This document shows, in pieces, positions 13,501 to 25,500 of a stretch of 64,000 nt of DNA (positions within the stretch are counted from its first letter, which is position 1; every line of letters begins with the position of its first letter). The notes under the pieces are model-generated. The model did not search any database, was not told the DNA's origin, and worked only from the letters and a program-made list of their open reading frames with translations. The stretch is from contig JAGIQG010000009.1 of assembly GCA_024679065.1 (NCBI GenBank), forward strand, positions 89,900,001-89,964,000, in the 5' to 3' direction. The position numbers and the translations under genes are program-made. The DNA comes from Sphyrna mokarran (Eukaryota).

Positions 13501-16500
13501 TCCAACAAGCTGTCCTAATGACATATCCTTGTCTTTAGGCTATGCCTATTGTTGAAGATTCCAATATAGGGACAATTTGTTACCCAGCCTAAGAGCACAT
13601 TTCTGGGATGTGGGAGGAAACCAGAGCACCTGGAGGAAACCCACACAACCACAGGGAGGACATGCAAACTCCTGCAGACAGGCCCAAATCCATGTCAGCA
13701 CAGCAACAGCGATAGTCTGAGCTGTCATGTTGCCCATCAGATGGTCCAGTTTAAGCATACACTGGATGTCAAGCACTAGGCAACTCCTGAAGCAACCTCC
13801 AACAGCAGCTCTCGCACATGCCACATGCATGTCCCTCAGCCTTTCCTCATCAGGCCTTCCCACCATACCAGGCAACATCCTGGTAAACCTCCTCTGCACC
13901 CTTTCCAATGCTTCCACATCCTTCTTATAATGTGGTGACCAGAACTGTACACAATACTCCAAGTGCAGCTGCACCAGAGTTTTGCACAGTTGTAACAACC
14001 TCAGCTCCTAAATTCAGTTCCTCTACCAATAAAAGCTAACACACCGTATGCCTTAACAACTATCAACCTGGGTGCCAACTTTAAGAGCTATGTACTTGTA
14101 CCCCAAGATCCCTCTGCTCAACAACACCATTAAGGGTCCTTCCATTAGCCCTATATTTCATATGCCTGTTATTCCTACCAAAGTGAATCACCTCACTTAT
14201 CTGTATTGAATTCCATTTGCCACCTCACGGCCCAGCTCTGCAACCTATGTCCCTCTGCAAACTGTAACATCCATCCTTGCTGTCTACAACTTTGGTATCA
14301 TCAGCAAATTTACTAATCCAACCCTCTACACCCTCATCTAGGTCATTTATAAAAATGACAAACAGCAGTGGCCCTAAAACAGATCCTTGAGGTACACCAC
14401 TTGTAACTGCACTCCAGGTTGAATATTTCCCATCAACCACCACCCTCTGTCTTCTATCAGCTAGCCAATTCCTAATCCAAACTGCTAAATCACCTTCAAT
14501 CCCATGCATCTGCACTTTCTGCAGTAGCCTACCATGGGGAACCTTATCAAATGCTTTGCTAAAATCCATATACACTACATCAACTGCCTTACCTTTATCT
14601 ACCTCTTTGGTCACCTCAAAAAACTCAAGGTTTGTGAGGCATGACCTACCTTTCACAAAACCATGCTGACTATCCCTAATCAATTTATTTCTCTAGATGC
14701 TTATAAATCCTATCCCTTATTATTCTTTCCAAGACTTTGCCCACAACAGAAGTCAGGCTCACTGGTCTAACTTCCAGAATGGTCCCTACTCCTTTTTGAA
14801 CAAAGGGACAACATTTGCCATCCTCCAATCTTCTGGCACTATACCTGTAGCCAATGACGACATGAAGATCAAAACCAAAGGCTGTGCAATCTCCTCTCTA
14901 GCCTCCCAGAGAATCCTAGGGTAAATCCCATCTGGCCCAGGGGACTTATCAATTTTCATACCCTCAAGATTCACTAACACCTCCTTATGAACCTCAATCC
15001 TGTCCAGTCTACAATCTGGTAGCACAGTATTCTCCCCGACAACACTGTCTTTCTCCTGCGTGAATACTGACAAAAATACTGTTTCTCCTATCTCCTCAGG
15101 CTCCACGCACAACTTCCCACTGCTATCTGACTGGCCCTAATCTTGCCCTAACCAATCTTATTAGTTACCTGTAAAAAGTTTTAGGAATCTCCTTAATCCT
15201 ATCCAAAGTCTTCTCATGTCCTTTTCTAGCTCTTAACTTCTTTAGCTCCTTCCTGGCTAATTTATAGCTCTTCAGTGAACTAAGCCTTCATGTCTCATTA
15301 TATAAGCCTCCTTCCTCTTCACCAGAGATTCAACGTCCCTAGTACACCATGGTTCCCTCAACCTCTTCCTCCCTGCCTGGCAGGTACATATTCATTAAGG
15401 ACATGCAGAAGCTGTTCCTTAAATATGCTCCACATTTCAGATGTCCCCAGCCCCTGCAATTTCCTGCTCCACCTTATGCATCCTAAATCTCTAATAGCCT
15501 CAATTACCTTTCCCCCAGCTATAACTACTGTTATTCAGTATGTGCCCATCCCTTTCCATCACTAAGGTAAAGTAACCAAATTGTGGTCACTATCACCAAA
15601 GTGCTCACCCACCTCCAAGTCTAACACCTGGTCTGGTTCATTACCCAGTACCAAATCCAATATAGGCCAATAAGAGGTGAGGCTATCTACATACTGAGTC
15701 ATGAAACCTTCCTGCACACATTGAACAAAAACTGACCCCTCTAACGTACTTGAACTATAGCTTTTCCAATCGATATTAGAAAAATTAAAGTCCCCCATTA
15801 CATCTTGGTGTGTATGTGCATAGATCCCTGAAAGTAGGCAGTCAGGTCGAGAAGGTTGTTAGGAAGGCATATGGAGTCTTGGCTTTTATTGGTAGAGGGA
15901 TTGAATTTTGGAGCCGCAACGTCATGTTGCAACTGTACAAAACTCTAGTGCGGCCGCACTTGGAGTATTGTGTGCAGTTCTGGTCCCCACATTATAAGAA
16001 AGATGTGGAGGCATTGGAGAGGGTACAGAGGAGGTTTACCAGGATGTTGCCTGGTATGGAGTGCAGGTCTTATGAGGAGAGGCTGAGGGATTTGAGGTTG
16101 TTTTCGTTAGAAAAGAGGCGGCTAAGAGGGGACCTAATCGAAACATATAAGATGATTAGAGGTTTAGATAGGGTGGACAGTGATAGCCTTTTTCCTAGGA
16201 TGGAACAAAGCTAGCACAAGGGGACACAGCTTTAAATTAAGGGGTGATAGTTATAGGACGGATATCAGAGGCAGGTTCTTTACCCAAAGGGTGGTTCGGG
16301 AGTGGAATGCCCTGCCTGCAGCAGTTGTAGATGCGCCAAGTTTGGTGGCGTTTAAGAGGTTAGTTGATAAGTATATGGAAGAGAAGGGAATGGTTTAGTT
16401 TGGAGGGGCATTGCTTTTTATATTGGTCGGCGCAACATCGAAGGCCAAAGGGCCTGTTCTGTGCTGTAATGTTCTATGTTCTATGTTCTAATTACCCTGT

Positions 16501-19500
16501 TACTTTCACACCTATCCAGGATCAACTTTGCAATCCCTTCCTCTACTTCTCTGGAACTTTTTGGAGGCCTATAAAAACTCCCAACAGTGTGACCTCTCCT
16601 TTCTTGTTTCTAATCTCAGCCCACAAGTCCACATCAAATGTCTTTTCTGCCACTAATGCTGACCTTAACTCACAATGCCACTCCTCCTCCTACAGAGACA
16701 CTGAATGCAGACTGGGTGACTGCTTTGCTGATCACCTCTGGTCTGTCTGCAAAGACCCAGACCTTTCTGTTTCATGCCATTTCAATATTGAGTTAGGAGA
16801 TTCTGGATAAACTGGGACTTTTGCAATGTACAACTGAAGCCCAATGAAAACTTGAGAAACAACATCTCACTTGATTGTTCAGTCTGGAAGGCTGTCAAGT
16901 GGCCATTCATAGAATTCATGCTGAAGTAGAACTCATTCTTCTATCTCCAATTAATTCATTTTTCATAGAACATAGAACAATACAGCACAGAACAGGCCCT
17001 TCGGCCTTCGATGTTGTGCCGACCAAAATAAAAAGCAATGCCCCTCCAAACTAAACCATTCCCTTCTCTTCCATATACTTATCAATTAACCTCTTAAACG
17101 CCACCAAACTTGGCGCATCTACAACAGCTGCAGGCAGGGCATTCCACTCCCTAATCACTCTTTGAGTAAAGAACCTACCTCTGATATCCGTCCTATAACT
17201 CATACCCCTTAATTTAAAGCTGTGTCCCCTCGTGCTAGCTTTCTCCATCCTAGGAAAAAGGCTATCACTGTCCACCCTATCTAAACCTCTAATCATCTTA
17301 TATGCTTCAATAAGATCCCCTCTTAGCCGCCTCCTTTCTAAAGAAAACAACCTCAAATCCTTCAACCTCTCTTCATAGGACCTGCCCTCCATACCAGGCA
17401 ACATCCTGGTAAACCTCCTCTGTACCCTCTCCAATGCCTCCACATCTTTCTTATAATGTGGCGACCAGAACTGCACACAATACTCCAAGTGCGGCCGCAC
17501 TAGAGTTTTGTACAGTTGCAACATGATGCTGCGGCTCCTAAATTCAATCCCCCTACCAATAAAAGCTAAGACTCCATATGCCTTCTTAACAACTTTATCC
17601 ACTTGACTGCCTACTTTCAGGGATCTATTGACCCATACACCAAGATCCTTCTGTTCCTCAACACTATTAAGAGCCCTACCATTAGCCCTATACTCTACAC
17701 ATTTATTGTTCCTGCCAAAGTGCATTACCTCACACTTTCCCACATTAAACTCCATTTGCCACCTCTCGGCCCAGCTCTGCAACTTGTCCAAGTCACTCTG
17801 TAAACTAAAACACCCCTCTTCACTATCTACCACACCACCAACTTTAGTATCATCTGCAAATTTACTGATCCATCCCTCAATACCCTCATCCAGATCATTT
17901 ATAAAAATTACAAACAGCAGGGGCCCCAAAACAGACCCCTGAGGCACACCACTCGTCACCGAACTCCACGATGAATATCTCCCATCAACCACCACCCTCT
18001 GTCTTCTATCTGCCAGCCAATTCCTAATCCAATTAGCTAAATCACCCTCTATTCCACACATCTGCATTTTCTGTAGAAGTCTTCCATGGGCCACCTTATC
18101 AAAAGCCTTACTAACGTCCATATATACTACATCAACCGCCTTACCCCCATCCACCTCTCTGGTCACTTTCTCAAAAAAGTCAATGAGGTTAGTAAGGCAT
18201 GACCTACCCTTCACGAAACCATGCTGACTATCCCCAATCAATTCATTTCTCTCTAAATAACTATAAATCCTATCCCTAATAATTCTCTCCAATACCTTGC
18301 CCACAACAGAAGAAAGACTCACTGGCCTATAATTCCCTGGAAGGTCTCTCTTCCCCTTCTTAAACAATGGGACCACATTCGCTATCCTCCAGTCCTCCGG
18401 AACCACACCCGTAACCAACGAGGACCTGAAGATCAGAGCCAGAGGCTCTGCAATCTCCTCTCTTGCCTCCCAGAGAATCCTAGGTTAAATCCCGTCCGGC
18501 CCAGGGGACTTATCCAACTTCAAACCCTCGAGAATTTCTAACACATCCTCCCTATCTACTACAATACTTCCCAATTTGCAACCCTGTACCTCAGTGCTCT
18601 CCATAGCTACATTTCAGCCATCTTATTTTCACTTTTAAAGTCTCATTTGCCATTTTCCAATCTCCTGCCCTCACCCCACTAGGGTCAACTATCACATTCT
18701 TATAACAGCTTTGATCTCAAGCATTATTCATCTTTATCACCACTTACTCCCTTGTCTATGCCATTTCTATAATGTTAGATCACATCTATATAGATCTTGT
18801 CTGATCTTTGTCTTCAGCTCTGATGAAGAGTCATCCAGATTCAAAACATTGGCTTCTCTGCAGATCTGAGATTTTGCAGCATTTTGATTCAGCATGTGTT
18901 GGGGGACAAAACTGTTCATTTGTCTGTGTGATTGTTGAGTCAGTAAAATTAGTTCTCTTTAATGCTAGTTTGTGTTTAATTGTCTGGGAAATGTAGAAAT
19001 TAGAATGGGAAAGAACAGTACAGTATTGAAGATGGAGTTAAATATGGTGCAAGTTACATAGGACTATGCAAATATGCAACTCCAAAGATTAGCACCAGCT
19101 CTTCAGGTTCTGTGGAAAACAACCCTCTTGGCTTAATGGATTTAGAAAAATCTCCAGTTTTTAAATTAACTTCTTGCAAATTAAGTTGAAGTAGTTGACA
19201 GGTATGATTGTCAGTTAACTCACTGGGCTCCTGACCAGAACCAAGTAGATTTTTTTCAAAATCCAGGTGCCAATAGATAGTTGTCATGAAGATTAAAAGC
19301 TATTTTCAAATTAAAGAAAATTATGCAAATGGCATTTCTAATTATTTTTTCTATTTAGGAAGAATGTTCATGGTAAGGAAGCTTTAGTGCATAAACAAAA
19401 TCAATTTGGAATTGGGAATGTCTGGTGCAATTAGGAAATGCCATCTAAAATGAACAAGCAAAATATGTGCATGTCTAGAGTCAAAGATTGATTTCTATTT

Positions 19501-22500
19501 TAAGGGTAGGACATTTTACTGAATTGTAAATTTTCAGGGCTCAGATTAGATGAAACTGTTAGCAAAAATCACATTGGGAGCAGTTTCCTTCCACTAGAAT
19601 TGGACTGGGGTTGGAATTTTTCTGGTTGCTCAAAAGCAGGATAATCCAGTCTTGCTGATGCATACCCCTATTGCAGGTTTCCCAGCAAATTAAATTCATG
19701 GTAGTGGTGGGACCAGAAATCCTACTGCTGCAGAAACACAGCTAGGAGGATCCTACCCTAATTAACAGCTTTGGAGAACCAAATTTGCTAGTCTGGCCAC
19801 TGAATCAGGTCTATATATGATGAGCAAAGGCTGTGAAGATCAGTCTAGAGTATTGACATGAGATGTTGCATAAGTGTCAGATGTGTTGGGTGTAGTAGAC
19901 AAAGGATACCCATGTCAGACTCCTATTTATTGACTATAGCTCAGCCTTTATTACCACAAAACTCATCTCCAAACTGTGGCCTGGGCTTCAGCACCTCCCT
20001 CTGCAACTGCATCCTCAACTTCCTAACTCAGGTCATTAAGGACAACAGCCATACCTTTTATCTTCAAGACTGGTGTCCCAGTGTGTTGTTCTTAACCCCC
20101 TACTATACTCATACATTGAGGATGTGGCCAAATTCCCCTCCAATTTGATTCAGGTTTGCTGATACACCACTAGATAGAGAATCTGCTGAAGCAACAATAG
20201 TCTCTCCCTCAATGTCAAAAGGAAATGGTTAACTTCAGGAAGCTGAAAGGAGAACATACCCCTGTCTACATCAGTGGAGTAGAATTAGAAAGGGTCAAGA
20301 GTGTCACATTTAGGTGTCCAGATCAACAACCTGTCTGGTCCTTCCATGCTGACACTATTAGTTAAGCCTACCAACATCTACTCAGGAGGAAATTTGGCAC
20401 ATCAGTTATGACTCAATTTTACAGATGCACCATAGAAAGCTTCCTGGTATATCACAGCTTGGTGTGGCTCTTGCTCTGCCCAAGACCGCAAGGAGCTACA
20501 AAAAAGTCATGAATATAGTCAATGCATCATGCAAACCAACCTCCCATCCACTGACTGTCTACACTTCCTGCTGCATCAAAGCAACTAGCACAAGGATCTA
20601 TACACCAGACACTTCCACCTTCTGTTGGAAGAAGTCATCATGTACAATTCACTCAAGAACAGCTTCCTTGCTACTGTCAGTCTTTTGCCTGGAATTACAT
20701 TAAGTTAATCCTTCTCTACACCTTAGCTATTACTAACACTACATTGCACCCTTTCCTTCTCTATGAAGAGTATGCTTTCTGTATAGTGTGCAAGCAGCAC
20801 TTAATACATTGACAGTAAAACAAAATGAGAATATGGGAAATGAGCTGGTTCAAAGGTCAGGAGACAGTCAAATGTTTTGTTTATATCTCCAATTCAATCC
20901 AAAGTCAACTCAGTCTCAGCCATTGAGACATTCCCAATTCAGGCCTCTTGGGCTTGACCTACATAATCCAAGCTGATTGTAGTAAACATTGCATTGCCAA
21001 GGCTTGATGTCTTAGCTAAAAGGCTGAGAAGCCACTTAATTTCTTCAAATGAAGCCTCAATGTAACCTCATGACTTCAACCAAGTGAGCATATTAATTTG
21101 ATTGAAGATCAAGTTTAAAATCCAACAGGTGTCACATAACTACTTAAACCAGCATGAAACATCCTTAATTCAGAGGCATTACACCTTTATTTTAAAGTCA
21201 GCTTCTCTACAAAGATACTGCTCAAAGTACTACAATACAACCAACAGTTACATGAAGGGACCAGCTGATCCAGTATATGAAAGCAGATGGTGTTCGTGGG
21301 AGCTGTGTGGGGCCTGTGTTGGTGCAATGCAGTCTCTATTAAATCTTTATCTTTGGTTCACTTTGGGAAATTAGTTCTTTAATTGCTTGCAACTGAAGTA
21401 TCATACTGCCAGATGAACATTAAAGTTCAATGAATTTTGAATTGGGATAGAATATTAGGAACAAAATTGATCAGTTTTAAAGAGCACTGATGTAATCTGT
21501 AGGTGGAGACAATTCTTACAGGTTGATAGTGCCAAGGGTCACATTTCACCCCAGAAACATTGACTCAATTACAAAAATTCCTTGGGGATCACAAGCTTTA
21601 CCTCATCCATAATCTTTTGAAGTGGTAGAAAAAGGGAACAGTGTACAGATTACTCCAATATGGCCAAATGTTATCAAATATATGTTATACATTTAAAAGG
21701 CAAATGTGAAGGCAGAGAAAAATGGTACTGCATTAGTCAATTAACTGAGTAAATATTGCACTGTGTTTACAGATGTCCCAATCCTTCACATCCTACCTTT
21801 TCCTCAAGAACCAGAGCCAACAGGGATGGAAGCCCCAGGACCAATGCCAGCATCTCGAGGCTGACTAGATGAATTTCATAGATGTTATATAGCTATGATG
21901 GGACATAGTAAGTTTTTAATGCAAGTGAATACCCTAGTTAAGAGCCATTTACATAATCTTGTACTCATACAAATGATAACCATAATTGTTGCTCTGTTCA
22001 TTGTGTTACTCATCTTCACAGGAGCCCACAAATTCAGTTGATTTGAACTAGAAATTCTGAGACCCAAGTGAAACCCATGAGGGTAAATTGGATAGCAAGG
22101 GATCAGGATCAGAGGGAGAGGGCAGACAGAAGATGGAAAAATAATGTTTGAAGTGCTGAGAGCTGTTTTCAATGTTGTCAATTCATTACTTGCTGAGAAG
22201 GGTGGTGAGAAGTTTGTTCAATTATTAAAGTTTTGATACTTTGCTTTTTAATCTGACTTGTTACTTTAAATGAATAAACTGAATTCACCATTAAGTGTTC
22301 TTGTCATGTGGTTATGTCTCCAGAACAAGATCCAATTTGATTGGTGCAGTTATTGTCAGCAAGTGAACCTCAAGTCTTGATAAAACTGACTTTCAACACA
22401 AGTTTGGGACCAAATCCAATTCCTAGTGTGCAGAGCAAGCTTTGTCTAAACTGCTGTTTGAGCTGGGTAATGCTACCTGTCAATGCAATGATAGAAATCC

Positions 22501-25500
22501 CTAACAAATTTGGAAGTTATTTGCTGAAATACTCACGTGGGCCATGATTGCTAGAGTCCAGGATGGCTGAAAGAAAAAAACACGGTTAGTTCAAATCAGA
22601 AGATTGAGAGTTTACATCTTAAAAGACGTGAGCAGAGGCTAATGCACAAAGGTGAAAAGCAGGACAGTCATTCCTGGTTTTGACCAATATTAAACCATCA
22701 CATGATATGATCAGGTCATCATTTCATTGCCCATGTGGGAGTGTGGTTTATAAATTGTTTGTCCAGTTCCTTATGTTACAATGGGTTTTATTGTCTTAAA
22801 ACATTTAGTCAGTGGTTGTGAAAGATTACAAGTTCAGATTTGGACCAAACATTATCCAGATAATGTACTGCAAACTTGTCTGAGGAGCACTGACCAGGAT
22901 GTCAGCCAGATAAATTCAGCACTAATTTTCCAGTTATAAAAGATTGTTTGAGTTAACCTGCTATCAAAGATCAGTACAGCATAGGAACAGGCCCTTCAGC
23001 CCACCAAGTCTGCTGACTTGATGCCTTTATTCCCTGCCTATTCATATATCTGTTTAGTTGTCTTTACAATGTTTAACTAGATACCACAGTAGCTTGTCAA
23101 ACAAGCTATGAGCAAGGTCTCATTAACATTAAATTGTTTAATTTGCCTGTTGATGTTTTAGGTTTGTTATGGCTGTAGAAAACAGGCACTTGCTCCCCTC
23201 AAATGACAGTAGATGGAATTGTTCCACTGCTGAAAGGATCAAGTCACAAGTTTAAATTGACAAAGCAGCAAAAGCAGAAAAATCATGGAATTAGCGCATT
23301 CCAGATCATGTTATGAAGTCAGGTTTGATTCAAAAGGAACTATAAAATACTGGTACTTAATGGCCAGTGCATCATGTGGGCCAAAAGACCTCTGCTATTA
23401 TGAGCAGAAAGGCAGAAGCAAATTGCTCAGTGCCAATGCAGACAATGGGCTGAATGACTTCCTCCTGCACCTTTAAACAAGTGTCAAGTTGATGCTGACG
23501 TTAACAATTACTTCACTCAAGCCAAGTGTCCCTTCAGACAGTAGTCACAGCTCATCTTCCTTTGCCACCTCAGTGCCTTAAATCCAAAGTTGTTCTAGTG
23601 TTCAATACAGTCAAATTCACATGTTGCATTTCTCTTCCCTGTCCTCAACTACAGACTGAAACCAATGCTACATTGAATTCAGGGTCTCTTCCCTGCATAT
23701 CAACTCTGAACTACTTTGGTTGTCTGTTCTCAATTCCTCATTCCACTGAGGTATTTGTAAAGCTGTAACAATTACTTATGCCATATTTAAAATGTCTGGT
23801 TACATTGAAAACAAATTTAATGAAGTTGAGCTATTTAGAAGTGTATAATACATGTGCCAGTTCTGCAAATGTGCACTGATCTTTGGTTCTTGATCCTTTT
23901 AAGAGTGGGAATAGTTCCATCTACTCATACATTTTTGGGTGGGGAGGGGAGAGCAAATGCTTGTAGTCTTGACAACTTTCTACAGCCCTAATAATTAAAC
24001 AGACAAATTACACCTCATTTAAAAACACTTTAAACTGCCAATTTTGATTTGTTACACAATTCTTTAAGTGAGACCTTGTTCATTGGGTTGTTTGACAAGC
24101 TACTATGGGATCTAGTAAACATTGCAAAGGCATTCAAGACCTCCAAGGAGCAGTTGGATAGATACATGAATAAGCAGGGAATAGAGGGATATGGACCATG
24201 CAGAGGAAAAAATATTAGTGGAGAGATGTGTCAGCATGGACTTGGTGGGCTGAAGAGCCTCTTGTGCTATTCTGATAGAAGGTTAATACAAACTCTTATA
24301 ATTGTTGAGAACATAGCATTAACCTGAGAGATTACATTCACCTCCAGGTGAATTTGGAAATATCTAGTGATTCACTTCAGAAAGAGAAGGAATTTCCTGC
24401 CTCTGGTTTTACCCTCTATAAAAGAGTTTCCCAGTGAAATTGCTCTATTTTTGATTAGTTTCTTCCCTCACTGCACCAAGACAAACTAGCTGACCCCAAT
24501 ACAAGGATTGTTACCACAAGGTTAACATGTCAACTTTAGGTTGGAAGTCAAGAAGGTTTAAAATTTGAATGTTCCCAGCCAACCTGACTTTTGTACAGCC
24601 TCTTATGAAATCAGACCATCAAGAGTCACATCCTGAGGGTACAAAGAACAAACAGTTTGGGAAACTGACCCTTTGGCCCAACAAACCCACACTGCCATTT
24701 TAACATTGGAGTAATGTTCCCTCTTCCACCCATGACCCTTGTCTATGCTTATAGTACTCCACATTGGAAACCAGATTGATGGGAGACTAATTTAGGAGCA
24801 ATTTATTACAATCAGCCTAAGAGCACATCTTTGGGGTGAGACAGGAAACTGGAGCACCCGGAGAAAACCCATGCAAGCACAGGGAGAATGTGCAAACTCC
24901 CAGATACTAGCTCAAATCCACATATCTGCACAGCAGTGAGTCACTGAGCTATTGTGTTGCCTATCAGCTGGTCCAGTTTAAGCATCACTAATGTGAAGCA
25001 CTATTGCTACTCTTGAAACAAGTATCAAGTACCAAGTGCAGCCCTCTCACAATCCACCACATGTATGCCCCTTGCTAGACAACAAGGCAGACTTAAGCAC
25101 CTGTGATTGAGAAAAATATCAACATGCCCATCTTATGCAAACATTCAAAGGAATCCCCAGAAGCTCAGAAGTAAAACAAGTGAGCCAGAAAATATGTTGG
25201 AAAGTCCATAGGAATCAATTTATTCCCCAGAACATCAAGCTCTTGATCCTTACTTAAAAGGATCTCCTACATCCCTCCATCTCTATTCTGTTCATATGCC
25301 CAAGTATCCCTTAAACAACTCCAGCATGCCTGCCTCCACCACCCTACTTGGCAGTGTATTCCATACACCCACCACCCTATATTAAAACCTCCCTTTAACA
25401 TCTAAATTATACCTGGCCCCCCCCCCCCCCCCCCCCTCACTAAGCCCATGGCCCCTCAATATGTGTTTCCAATCAAGGAAAAGCTTACCACTGTTTACTC

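Larger units (their letters stand above)
11640..18890 (+). mobile_element. Penelope-like element split into four pieces (about 11640-12150, 12720-13100, 16690-16963, 18615-18890) by later insertions
   Basis: RT-like [11 protein letters not shown]...GVAMGT, then YCIHCSQC, then GIY-YIG-like [13 protein letters not shown]...CHFN, then a terminal CTGATGAAGAGTC..GATTCAAAAC hammerhead-like motif at 18820. The pieces are collinear. Confidence 0.75.

Noticed and set aside
17051-18418. Autonomous active LINE
   Set aside because: The RT frame is open but the copy is 5'-truncated (no ORF1 or endonuclease); no copy in the window is fully intact.
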